A stretch of DNA of 32,000 nt from Desulfosarcina ovata subsp. ovata (lineage in GTDB: Bacteria; Desulfobacterota; Desulfobacteria; Desulfobacterales; Desulfosarcinaceae): assembly GCF_009689005.1 (NCBI RefSeq), contig NZ_AP021879.1, forward strand, positions 5,209,724 through 5,241,723, given 5' to 3'. The position numbers and the translations under genes were made by a program. Shown here piece after piece: positions 1-7,697 of this stretch. The first letter of the stretch is position 1, and the number at the start of each line of letters is the position of its first letter. The notes beneath the pieces were generated by a model that was not told the origin of the DNA, ran no database searches, and was given only the letters and a program-made list of their open reading frames with translations.

Positions 1-867
1 ACCGTAACCTATTCGCATTCAGTCGTGACCCCGGTGATTGTGGCACCGGAAAACAATAAGGTGATTGCTTTGCAACCGGAATTTATTACCCCCCAGGATG
101 GCCATGATAAACAAGATTGCGAAAACGCGGCAGCAAAACGCTGGATCGATCAATATGCGGCGGAGTATCAACCTTTTGGCATCACTGTATTGGGCGATGA
201 TCTATACTGTAAACAACCGATTTGCAAAAAACTATTAGATCAAGAACTTGATTTCATTTTGGTCTGTAAACCCGATTCTCATAAAACCCTTTACCAGTGG
301 CTGGATGAATTGGACGCCATGCAGACCATCGAAACCGTGGTGGAGAAGCGCTGGACCGGCAAAACCCATGAAATCGATACGTATCGCTTTGCCAACAAAC
401 TGCCGCTACGTGATAGTGAAAACGCCATTGATGTTAATTGGTGCGAACTGACAACAACCCTGCCCGATGGAAAAATCGTGTACAAAAACGCATTTGCAAC
501 CAATTTTGAAGTTTCAAAGAGCAACGTCAAGCAAATTGTCAAAGATGGCCGAGCACGCTGGAAAGTCGAGAACGAAAATAATAATGTTTTGAAAAACAGA
601 GGCTATAATATTGAACACAACTTCGGTCACGGGAACAAGCACCTTTCATCATTATTGCTGACCTTCAACTTGTTAGCCTTTCTGTTCCATACCGTTCTTG
701 AACTGATGGATGAGAAGTACAGCTTGGTTCGTGCTGAGTTACCAACGCGCAAAACCTTTTTTGACGATGTGCGCGCTTTGACGCGATATATGTATTTTCC
801 CAGTTGGGAGGCGATGTTAACTTTTATGATGCGAGGCCTGGAGATCGAATACGTAGACACCAGTTAA
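1..867 (+). CDS. DDE-type IS transposase, C-terminal portion (gene runs off the 5' edge of the window)
   Basis: Frame 1 is open from base 1 into the listed ORF 25..867. The signature GRARWKVENENNNVLKNRGYNIEHNFGHG resembles the conserved R-W-x-V/I-E-N...K block of IS4/IS5-like DDE transposases. The region is AT-richer than the GC-rich neighbours. Confidence 0.65.
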   Translation, partial: TVTYSHSVVTPVIVAPENNKVIALQPEFITPQDGHDKQDCENAAAKRWIDQYAAEYQPFGITVLGDDLYCKQPICKKLLDQELDFILVCKPDSHKTLYQWLDELDAMQTIETVVEKRWTGKTHEIDTYRFANKLPLRDSENAIDVNWCELTTTLPDGKIVYKNAFATNFEVSKSNVKQIVKDGRARWKVENENNNVLKNRGYNIEHNFGHGNKHLSSLLLTFNLLAFLFHTVLELMDEKYSLVRAELPTRKTFFDDVRALTRYMYFPSWEAMLTFMMRGLEIEYVDTS

Positions 868-1091
868 AATCCTTGGCAGATTTTCACATCAAACCGTACG
901 AGTTCCTTTATTAACCAATGGATAGGTTTGATCAAAATTTCTGATACAGAGAGCCAAAAATGAAAAAATTCATCGGCTGGCTAATTGCGTACAGTTTTGT
1001 TTCACTTTTTGATCATAACCTGAACTAAATTTTTCGAAGAACTGATCGAATTGCCATGCTGGTACAAACCTGAACCGCATAATTACAATTG
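1..1091 (+). mobile_element. Partial insertion sequence, right end approximate
   Basis: Transposase ORF followed by about 225 nt of AT-rich tail. Composition switches sharply to GC-rich coding DNA near 1090 (cataattacaattgct|ggggggaaaagggcc). The left end lies outside the window, so terminal repeats cannot be compared. Confidence 0.3.
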
Positions 1092-2691
1092 CTGGGGGGA
1101 AAAGGGCCGGGTTGACTTTTGAAAAGACTTCCCAGGCGGATTTCAGCAGCTTTTCCGCAACCGGGATCTTATTCTCACCGATCCGGATGCGGGCCATCAG
1201 TGTCTGGGCGTGGGCCAATTCGACCCTTGCCCCTGCCCGGGTCAAAAGCGCAATGCTTTCCTTCAAATCGGCCTCTATCGCTTCCGTCGCCCCCTTTTCC
1301 TTCAGGGTCTTGAGTGCCCGGAACCGGAAGGCCACTCCCTTCATATAAATGTCCGGCCAGCCCAGCAACCGCTTGACATCCGATTTAAAGTTCCATTCGG
1401 GATGAACCATGCCCCGTTCCTCTAAAGCGAGCATGACTTCAAGATTGTCCGGCCCGCGGTGATGGGGCGTTCCCAGGGCCTTGGAGTTTTCATAGGCCTG
1501 TTTCTGATATTCGAAGGCTTTTTCGTATTCGCCCCGGCAATAGGCAAAATACGCCCGCTTCCCATTTCCCGGCCATAGGGTGTAGGGGTCCAGAAATTTG
1601 GTCGGGGTGCTGAAAATTTCATCGAGAAAGGCCTCGCCCTCATCGATTCTGGCCGCCTCCGCCAGTACGACGACAAGGATCAGGGTCGCATACCGTTCCA
1701 GATCCGGGGCGCAAAGTTCCCTGGCTTTCCTGCGGACCGCCCGGATCAGGCCCACCCCCCTGGCCGTCTCCCCGGCGATGCCGTATATCCAGCCCAGCCG
1801 GATGCAGCTTTTCAGGGTCTCCACGTCGGCGGGCAGTTCCTCGTGATTGCCGATCGCCGACTCGTAGCGTTCGATGGCCTTGGTAATGTATCCCTGCCAG
1901 AAAAGCACTTCGGAGTTGGCCAGGGCCACCTGGACGCGGACGTCAGCGGGGAAATCGTGGTCAGCCAGCATCTGCCAGGCCTGCTCCAGATATTCGTTGG
2001 CTTCGTCGGCCCTGGCGGTTTTGATGTAGGTCTTGGCGATCAGTACCATCAGCCTGACCTTGCGCACGGGGTCACCGACCGTGGCGCAGAATTCAAGCGA
2101 CCGTCCCAGGAATTTTCTCTGGATATCTTTGGACAGCGCTGTGTCCCGGCAGGTACAAAGACCGACGGTGGCATCGATGAAGGTTTCCTGCGCTACCGGA
2201 TCGAGCGTTTCCGTCTCCATGGCGTCCAGGACCATTCGATAATAAGCGGCGGCATCGATCGGCAGGTTCAGGCCAAGGCAGTAGTGCCCCGCCTGGACCA
2301 GTTCCTTGAAATGGCGCACAGGCAAACCGGAAACCTGGTAAACATAAGCGAGACTCAGCCATCTTTTGGTGTCATCGGGCAGGTGGTCGCATACACCGGC
2401 GATGGCCCGCCGGGCGGCGTTGTGCAGCGCCTTCGCCGGAACCCGGCTGATAAAGTCACCCGCCGCCTTGGGATCGGACAGATAGTAGTACCCGGCCCCC
2501 TTTTCCAAATACCGGTGCAAATAACCGGCTTTAACCAACGCCTCGACAAGCTGAAGAACCCGGACCGGGGCCAGGTCGGTAATGGCGCACAGCACATCCA
2601 GGGAAATCGGCGGGGGCAGCAGTGACAGAAGCAGATAAATTTCCTGATTCTTTTCATCCATGCCTGGGAACTGTTCCGCAACCCGGTTCAT
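970..2691 (-). CDS. Helical-repeat (TPR/MalT-C-terminal-like) protein of unknown function; native 3' end probably displaced by the IS
   Basis: Long minus-strand ORF with AAGGAG about 12 nt upstream of ATG 2691. It has an N-terminal winged-helix-like stretch, then alpha-helical repeat-like sequence, and no catalytic motif was recognised. The last ~40 codons (AIVIMRFRFVPAWQ...) are encoded by AT-rich DNA continuous with the IS tail. Confidence 0.55.
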   Translation of the reverse strand: MNRVAEQFPGMDEKNQEIYLLLSLLPPPISLDVLCAITDLAPVRVLQLVEALVKAGYLHRYLEKGAGYYYLSDPKAAGDFISRVPAKALHNAARRAIAGVCDHLPDDTKRWLSLAYVYQVSGLPVRHFKELVQAGHYCLGLNLPIDAAAYYRMVLDAMETETLDPVAQETFIDATVGLCTCRDTALSKDIQRKFLGRSLEFCATVGDPVRKVRLMVLIAKTYIKTARADEANEYLEQAWQMLADHDFPADVRVQVALANSEVLFWQGYITKAIERYESAIGNHEELPADVETLKSCIRLGWIYGIAGETARGVGLIRAVRRKARELCAPDLERYATLILVVVLAEAARIDEGEAFLDEIFSTPTKFLDPYTLWPGNGKRAYFAYCRGEYEKAFEYQKQAYENSKALGTPHHRGPDNLEVMLALEERGMVHPEWNFKSDVKRLLGWPDIYMKGVAFRFRALKTLKEKGATEAIEADLKESIALLTRAGARVELAHAQTLMARIRIGENKIPVAEKLLKSAWEVFSKVNPALFPPAIVIMRFRFVPAWQFDQFFEKFSSGYDQKVKQNCTQLASR

Positions 2692-2750
2692 AATCGGTCA
2701 AAACTCCTTGTCGTCAGCCATCGGTTTGAATCGCTGCCGCGTATCCCAGT

Positions 2751-2777
2751 GGCATAATGGGGACGTCTCTCATTATC
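2751..2777. repeat. REP-like palindromic unit at the 3' flank of the RAYT gene
   Basis: GGCATAATGGGGACGTCTCTCATTATC: ATAATG/CATTAT stem around a GACGTC-centred imperfect palindrome. It is the inverted partner of 3838..3858 and overlaps the transposase stop codon. Confidence 0.7.
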
Positions 2778-3805
2778 TAAATAATCGAATCAATCAGCAT
2801 GTATCCTTCGCATGCGGCTATGGTTTCGCCTCTTCTAACGCCATAGCCGATGCCCGACACCGTCATATCAAGTGCCCGGGCAAGTTCGGTCTGGGAAAGG
2901 CACAGCTCGTTTGTACACCAGTAGCAAAATAGACCCCGGGCATCCGCGCGTTTTTTGGGGCGGCCCTTTTGGAATATTTCTTCCTTATCGATCCCAAATA
3001 GCTCGGCGACCCTTTCGGCAACCCGGTTTATATCGTAGCCATGCCGTTTGAGTTCATAGCGCCGTTCAAACTGTTCTTTGGCTTGGGACAAAACCGACAA
3101 TACAAAATCCGAATCACCAAGAATGCGTTCATCGCCTTTTATACGGTCCATTCCTTTCAATCGCATCTTTTTAACTTCCGACCATCCGCCCAGGCTGCGA
3201 ACCAATCCTCCCCCGACCAATTCAGGACGACGTCCCATGGCAACTCCGGCTTGGACATAGTCAAGGTAAGCCTTGCGCGCCTTCGCCACTTTTTTTCCAA
3301 AACAGCCGAGCACATAAGCGCCGTCCTGCCAGCTGCAATCATCGGCTCCCACCAATAATCGGTGGCCGCTGAATGGATAATCCGTCAACGCCCTGAAGTC
3401 CTCGACCATGCCAGCACGCAATGGATTGAGATGAATATAGCGCACCAGTTCCAAAAGATAGGCGTCTTCCTGACAAATAATGGATTTGTACCGGTTCTGA
3501 AACAACTGGCCGTGGCGTTTATGTCGGCGGTTGAAACTTACCGCATATCCGGTGAGCAGCCGCTGCATCAAGCTTACGAGCCCGTCAGGGCCTGAGCGAA
3601 ATAAAAAATGGGCGTGGTTACTTAGCAAAACCCAAGCATAACATCTGGTTTGCGTCTGCGGAACCAACTGATCAAGCCGATCGACAAGATTCTGCTTATC
3701 GGTTGTATCCTGGAAAATGTTTTTTCTTTCGATCCCCCGGATGATCACGTGATGCAAAATCCCGGGAGCGTCTAATCGGGCTAACCGTGGCATGGCACCT
3801 TTCAT
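2777..3805 (-). CDS. REP-associated tyrosine (HUH/Y1, IS200-like) transposase with C-terminal DnaA-domain-IV-like HTH, copy 1
   Basis: ORF 2777..3940 trimmed to ATG 3805 (MKGAMPRLARL; a second ATG is at 3793). HUH motif SNHAHFLF and Tyr motif VRYIHLNPLRAG are present. The C-terminal segment LSQTELARALDMTVSGIGYGVRRGE is HTH-like. The gene is flanked by inverted REP-like units. Confidence 0.8.
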   Translation of the reverse strand: MKGAMPRLARLDAPGILHHVIIRGIERKNIFQDTTDKQNLVDRLDQLVPQTQTRCYAWVLLSNHAHFLFRSGPDGLVSLMQRLLTGYAVSFNRRHKRHGQLFQNRYKSIICQEDAYLLELVRYIHLNPLRAGMVEDFRALTDYPFSGHRLLVGADDCSWQDGAYVLGCFGKKVAKARKAYLDYVQAGVAMGRRPELVGGGLVRSLGGWSEVKKMRLKGMDRIKGDERILGDSDFVLSVLSQAKEQFERRYELKRHGYDINRVAERVAELFGIDKEEIFQKGRPKKRADARGLFCYWCTNELCLSQTELARALDMTVSGIGYGVRRGETIAACEGYMLIDSII

Positions 3806-3837
3806 ATCAAATATTGAGAGGCAAATCAAGTTGATTA

Positions 3838-3858
3838 GATAATTAGAGACGTCCCCAT
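3838..3858. repeat. REP-like unit at the 5' flank of the RAYT gene (inverted relative to 2751..2777)
   Basis: AGATAATTAGAGACGTCCCCAT has the reverse complement ATGGGGACGTCTCTAATTATCT. This matches ATGGGGACGTCTCTCATTATCT of the other flank at all but one position. Confidence 0.7.
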
Positions 3859-3938
3859 CCTCCCCTTCCCCCATCCTCCCCAAACGTTTGGTTGATGAAC
3901 GATTCGAAAGATTGCTGAAAGGATCGTCCCTCCTCGCC

Positions 3939-4010
3939 AAGTAACCGCGTATTGCCGATGACGGTGAGGCTGGAGAGCAGCATGGCCGTGGCGGCGATCC
4001 GTGAGGTGAG
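3939..4010 (-). pseudogene. Orphan copy of the last ~22 codons of the P-type ATPase gene (direct repeat of 13481..13552)
   Basis: 3947..4010 matches 13489..13552 at 61 of 64 positions, on the same strand. It encodes ...TAMLLSSLTVIGNT, like the ATPase C-terminus, and has no upstream coding continuation. Confidence 0.8.
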
Positions 4011-4032
4011 GAAGAGAAGATCTTTCGATGTT

Positions 4033-4093
4033 CAACAACGTTACTAATTCAGCCGACGAAAAAAGCCGCGCGGCTGAATTAGTCTTGTTGGGC
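4033..4093 (-). other. attC-like recombination site at the end of the higBA cassette
   Basis: The minus strand reads GCCCAAC (fits RYYYAAC) AAGACTAATTCAGCCG cgcggcttttttcgt CGGCTGAATTAGTAAC GTTGTTG (GTT core). It is a 61-nt imperfect palindrome. The R''-like end overlaps the last codons and stop of higA. Confidence 0.55.
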
Positions 4094-4387
4094 CAAGTGC
4101 TCTGACCAAGGTTTAATCTTATTAAGCAATGGTGCAAGAGTGATTTCTGCAACTTCCGTATCATATGCAGCCTGAGCACGTAGCCAATACCCGTTAGACA
4201 AACCAAAGAAACGGCACAAACGTAAATCCGTATCAGCTGTAATTGAACGTTTATTGGAAACGATCTCACTGATACGCTGGGCGGGAACACCAATCTCCTT
4301 GGCCAAACGATATTGGCTCAGTCCCATAGGCTTTAAGAACTCTTCTAACAAAATTTCACCTGGAGTGACGGGATCAAGTTTTTTCAT
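4079..4387 (-). CDS. higA: HigA-family antitoxin (XRE-type HTH)
   Basis: PGEILLEEFLKPMGLSQYRLAKEIGVPAQRISEIVSNKRSITADTDLRLCRFFG is the typical HigA/VapI HTH pattern. The gene lies 12 nt downstream of the toxin gene. Confidence 0.85.
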   Translation of the reverse strand: MKKLDPVTPGEILLEEFLKPMGLSQYRLAKEIGVPAQRISEIVSNKRSITADTDLRLCRFFGLSNGYWLRAQAAYDTEVAEITLAPLLNKIKPWSEHLAQQD

Positions 4388-4399
4388 ATTAACCTCTCC

Positions 4400-4678
4400 T
4401 CAGTGGTAATCCACGATTTCAACATTTTCTGCACCTGCATCTGTCCAATTGAAACAGACTCGCCACTGATCGTTGATGCGGATGCTGTATTGACCAGCAC
4501 GATCCCCTTTGAGCGCTTCAAGATGATTGCCGGGTGGTACTCTTAAATCATCAAGCAAATTAGCAATTTCGAGCTGCCTGAGCTTGCGCCGAGCGACCTT
4601 TGCAATGTTATTGAATTTCTTGACATTAGTGCCTCTTGATAGCGATTCAGTATATTTGCATTTGAATGATTTAATCAT
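4400..4678 (-). CDS. higB: HigB-family toxin (RelE/ParE superfamily, plasmid maintenance system killer)
   Basis: 92 aa, with the motifs LRVPPGNHLEALKGDRAGQYSIRINDQWRVCF...VEIVDYH characteristic of HigB. The toxin-first gene order is typical of higBA. Confidence 0.85.
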   Translation of the reverse strand: MIKSFKCKYTESLSRGTNVKKFNNIAKVARRKLRQLEIANLLDDLRVPPGNHLEALKGDRAGQYSIRINDQWRVCFNWTDAGAENVEIVDYH

Positions 4679-4685
4679 ATATCAC

Positions 4686-4714
4686 ATAATAACGCATGGC
4701 ATGATTAACGTCAA
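4686..4714 (-). promoter_or_regulatory. Candidate sigma70-type promoter for higBA
   Basis: The minus strand reads TTGACG-17 nt-TATTAT, with the -10 ending 7 nt before the higB ATG (a near-leaderless layout). This is a sequence match only. Confidence 0.3.
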
Positions 4715-4860
4715 ACGTGATTATGATTGCCAACGCCACGCTCATTAACTGCAAGGGCAATGCTGAATTTTAATTTGCCAAGGCCGCCCCGCCCTGGCGG
4801 TCTAATTCCGGGTAAAGGCACCGGTTACCCAATTATCAATTCCTTTGGGCATCATTTTCT

Positions 4861-4907
4861 TTGACAACGATTGAATGTGTATGTATTGTTAGATTGATAC
4901 ATATTCA
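4861..4907 (+). promoter_or_regulatory. Candidate vapBC promoter with overlapping operator-like inverted repeat
   Basis: TTGACA (4861-4866)-17 nt-TATTGT (4884-4889). The inverted repeat TGAATGTGTAT (4872-4882) / ATACATATTCA (4897-4907) brackets the -10. An AAGGAAGG SD precedes ATG 4925. Confidence 0.35.
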
Positions 4908-4924
4908 AGGAAGGCAAAAGAATT

Positions 4925-5119
4925 ATGCGAACCAACATTGTTATCGACGACGAACTTATCAATGAGGCCATGGCACTCAGTCAAATAAAAACGAAAAGGG
5001 CTGTGGTTGAAACAGGGCTCAGGCTTCTGGTTCAAATTAAAAAACAAGAACGGATAAAAAATTTCCGTGGAAAACTGAAATGGGAGGGGCATCTTGATAC
5101 ATTGAGGTCGGATCAATGA
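4925..5119 (+). CDS. vapB: VapB-type antitoxin (type II TA)
   Basis: 64 aa; MRTNIVIDDELINEAMAL... is typical of the small VapB family. The stop overlaps the vapC start (ATGA). Confidence 0.8.
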   Translation: MRTNIVIDDELINEAMALSQIKTKRAVVETGLRLLVQIKKQERIKNFRGKLKWEGHLDTLRSDQ

Positions 5120-5514
5120 TTTTGGTCGACTCATCCGTATGGATCAATTATTTCAATGGACTTTCAACCTGGCAGACAAACCTGCTTGACGACTACCTCT
5201 CCAGCATTCCCATTATTATTGGCGATTTGATTCTGACGGAAGTCCTCCAGGGGTTCAAATCAAACAAAGATTACGAAACCGCCAGGGATTTACTCAGTGC
5301 GCTTCAATTTCGCCAAATTGGGGGATATGCCGTCGCCATCCAAAGTGCTCAAAATTACAGGACCCTCAGAAAATCAGGGGTTACCATTCGAAAAACAATC
5401 GATGTAATCATCGGGACATTTTGTATCATGGAGGGATTATCGCTGCTCCATGATGATCGCGATTTTGACCCGATGGTATCATACCTCAACCTGAAAACAC
5501 CATCTCCGCAGTAA
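5116..5514 (+). CDS. vapC: VapC PIN-domain toxin
   Basis: MILVDSSVWINYF (first acidic PIN residue). Downstream residues (...GDLILTEVLQG..., ...LLHDDRDF...) fit the PIN ribonuclease pattern. There is a 4-nt overlap with vapB. Confidence 0.9.
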   Translation: MILVDSSVWINYFNGLSTWQTNLLDDYLSSIPIIIGDLILTEVLQGFKSNKDYETARDLLSALQFRQIGGYAVAIQSAQNYRTLRKSGVTIRKTIDVIIGTFCIMEGLSLLHDDRDFDPMVSYLNLKTPSPQ

Positions 5515-5516
5515 AA

Positions 5517-5578
5517 GCACCATCACCTGTAAAATCAGTCTCGTCTGAGAAGTAAGTAAGGCTATTGGCGGAAAAGAA
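5517..5578. repeat. Second, shorter copy of the vapC-downstream / ATPase-3'-end junction
   Basis: agcaccatcacctgtaaaatcagtctcgtctgagaagtaa parallels 13447..13486 (tccaccatcacccgtaaaatcagtcccgtctgacaagtaa). About 25 nt of weaker similarity to the ATPase 3' end follows. Confidence 0.5.
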
Positions 5579-5643
5579 TGTCCCCATTAGCCCCAGATCT
5601 AAAATTGTAAACCGGAAATCCGACGAACGTCCCCAATGCCCCC
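5576..5643. repeat. Two REP half-site remnants at the left junction of duplication copy 2
   Basis: gaatGTCCCCAttagCCCC (5576-5594) and gaacGTCCCCAatgCCCCC (5625-5643). Compare gagacGTCCCCAtcctCCCC (3846-3865) and gagacGTCCCCAactgCCCCCC (7706-7727). Confidence 0.4.
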
Positions 5644-6492
5644 GTGATTGCCGATCGCCGACTCGTAGCGTTCGATGGCCTTGGTAATGTATCCCTGCCA
5701 GAAAAGCACTTCGGAGTTGGCCAGGGCCACCTGGACGCGGACGTCAGCGGGGAAATCGTGGTCAGCCAGCATCTGCCAGGCCTGCTCCAGATATTCGTTG
5801 GCTTCGTCGGCCCTGGCGGTTTTGATGTAGGTCTTGGCGATCAGTACCATCAGCCTGACCTTGCGCACGGGGTCACCGACCGTGGCGCAGAATTCAAGCG
5901 ACCGTCCCAGGAATTTTCTCTGGATATCTTTGGACAGCGCTGTGTCCCGGCAGGTACAAAGACCGACGGTGGCATCGATGAAGGTTTCCTGCGCTACCGG
6001 ATCGAGCGTTTCCGTCTCCATGGCGTCCAGGACCATTCGATAATAAGCGGCGGCATCGATCGGCAGGTTCAGGCCAAGGCAGTAGTGCCCCGCCTGGACC
6101 AGTTCCTTGAAATGGCGCACAGGCAAACCGGAAACCTGGTAAACATAAGCGAGACTCAGCCATCTTTTGGTGTCATCGGGCAGGTGGTCGCATACACCGG
6201 CGATGGCCCGCCGGGCGGCGTTGTGCAGCGCCTTCGCCGGAACCCGGCTGATAAAGTCACCCGCCGCCTTGGGATCGGACAGATAGTAGTACCCGGCCCC
6301 CTTTTCCAAATACCGGTGCAAATAACCGGCTTTAACCAACGCCTCGACAAGCTGAAGAACCCGGACCGGGGCCAGGTCGGTAATGGCGCACAGCACATCC
6401 AGGGAAATCGGCGGGGGCAGCAGTGACAGAAGCAGATAAATTTCCTGATTCTTTTCATCCATGCCTGGGAACTGTTCCGCAACCCGGTTCAT
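5599..6492 (-). pseudogene. Truncated duplicate (first 283 codons) of the 970..2691 helical-repeat gene
   Basis: The translation is identical to the N-terminus of the 573-aa protein up to ...ESAIGNH. It then diverges into 14 unrelated residues where the duplication ends (5644). Confidence 0.8.
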
Positions 6493-6551
6493 AATCGGTC
6501 AAAACTCCTTGTCGTCAGCCATCGGTTTGAATCGCTGCCGCGTATCCCAGT

Positions 6552-6637
6552 GGCATAATGGGGACGTCTCTCATTATCGGCATAATGGGGACGTCTCTCA
6601 TTATCTAAATGGCATAATGGGGACGTCTCTCATTATC
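6552..6637. repeat. Tandem array of three REP-like units
   Basis: GGCATAATGGGGACGTCTCTCATTATC occurs at 6552, 6579 and 6611, with unit lengths of 27, 32 and 27 nt. Copy 1 has a single unit at the equivalent place. Confidence 0.9.
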
Positions 6638-7665
6638 TAAATAATTGAATCAATCAGCACGTATCCTTCGCATGCGGCTATGGCTTCGCCTCTTCTAACG
6701 GCATAGCCGATGCCCGACACCGTCATATCAAGTGCCCGGGCAAGCTCGGTTTGGGAAAGGCACAGCTCGCTTGCACACCAGTAGCAAAATAGACCCCGGG
6801 CATCCGCGCGTTTTTTGGGGCGGCCCTTTTGGAATATCTCTTCCTTATCGATCCCAAATAGCTCGGCGACCCTTTCGGCAACACGGTTTATATCGTAGCC
6901 ATGCCGTTTGAGTTCATAGCGCCGTTCAAACCGTTCTTTGGCTTGGGACAAAACCGACAATACAAAATCCGAATCACCAAGAATGCGTTCATCGCCTTTT
7001 ATACGGTCCATTCCTTTCAGTCGCATCTTTTTAACTTCCGACCATCCGCCCAGGCTGCGAACCAATCCTCCCCCGACCAATTCAGGACGACGTCCCATAG
7101 CAACTCCGGCTTGGATATAGTCAAGGTAAGCCTTGCGCGCCTTCGCCACTTTTTTTCCAAAACAGCCAAGAACATAAGCGCCGTCCTGCCAGCTACAATC
7201 ATCGACTCCCACCAATAATCGGTGGCCGCTGAATGGATAATCTGTCAACGCCCTGAAGTCCTCAACCATGCCAGCACGCAATGGATTGAGATGAATATAG
7301 CGCACCAGTTCCAAAAGATAGGCGTCTTCCTGACAAATAATGGATTTGTACCGGTTCTGAAACAACTGGCCGTGGCGTTTATGTCGGCGGTTGAAACTTA
7401 CCGCATATCCGGTGAGCAGCCGCTGCATCAAGCTTACGAGCCCGTCAGGGCCTGAGCGAAATAAAAAATGGGCGTGGTTACTTAGCAAAACCCAAGCATA
7501 ACATCTGGTTTGCGTCTGCGGAACCAACTGATCAAGCCGATCGACAAGATTCTGCTTGTCGGTTGTATCCCGGAAAATGTTTTTTCTTTCGATCCCCCGG
7601 ATGATCACGTGATGCAAAATCCCGGGAGCGTCTAATCGGGCTAACCGTGGCATGGCACCTTTCAT
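6637..7665 (-). CDS. REP-associated tyrosine (HUH/Y1) transposase with C-terminal HTH, copy 2
   Basis: ORF 6637..7875 trimmed to the ATG equivalent to copy 1 (MKGAMPRLARL). It differs from copy 1 at 9 amino acids, with the same HUH and Tyr motifs. The upstream in-frame extension crosses the REP unit and was discarded. Confidence 0.8.
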   Translation of the reverse strand: MKGAMPRLARLDAPGILHHVIIRGIERKNIFRDTTDKQNLVDRLDQLVPQTQTRCYAWVLLSNHAHFLFRSGPDGLVSLMQRLLTGYAVSFNRRHKRHGQLFQNRYKSIICQEDAYLLELVRYIHLNPLRAGMVEDFRALTDYPFSGHRLLVGVDDCSWQDGAYVLGCFGKKVAKARKAYLDYIQAGVAMGRRPELVGGGLVRSLGGWSEVKKMRLKGMDRIKGDERILGDSDFVLSVLSQAKERFERRYELKRHGYDINRVAERVAELFGIDKEEIFQKGRPKKRADARGLFCYWCASELCLSQTELARALDMTVSGIGYAVRRGEAIAACEGYVLIDSII

Positions 7666-7697
7666 AGCAAATGTTGAGAGGCAAATCAAGTTGATTA

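Larger units (their letters stand above)
1843..3857. repeat. Segmental duplication, copy 1 (partner 5644..7717)
   Basis: By eye, 1843..2777 is identical to 5644..6578. The identical six-frame ORF translations (1843..2625 = 5644..6426) agree. The transposase part is similar but carries scattered substitutions. Confidence 0.9.

Noticed and set aside
1843-2625. 260-aa plus-strand ORF (duplicated at 5644..6426)
   Set aside because: It is antisense to the helical-repeat gene. It appears twice only because the DNA segment is duplicated.
3806-3940. N-terminal 45-codon extension of the RAYT ORF (and 7666..7875 in copy 2)
   Set aside because: The extensions read through the REP unit and differ completely between the two copies. 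Similarity between the copies begins at MKGAMPRLARL, so the shared ATG is the likely start.
4779-4803. GGCCGCC ccgccct GGCGGTC hairpin between higB and vapB as a terminator or attC
   Set aside because: It has no T-run on either strand and no AAC/GTT termini. Its function is undetermined.
4864-4890. ACAACG...TTGTT pair upstream of vapB as a possible attC
   Set aside because: It is only about 27 nt end to end, too short for an attC. It coincides with the predicted vapBC promoter and operator.
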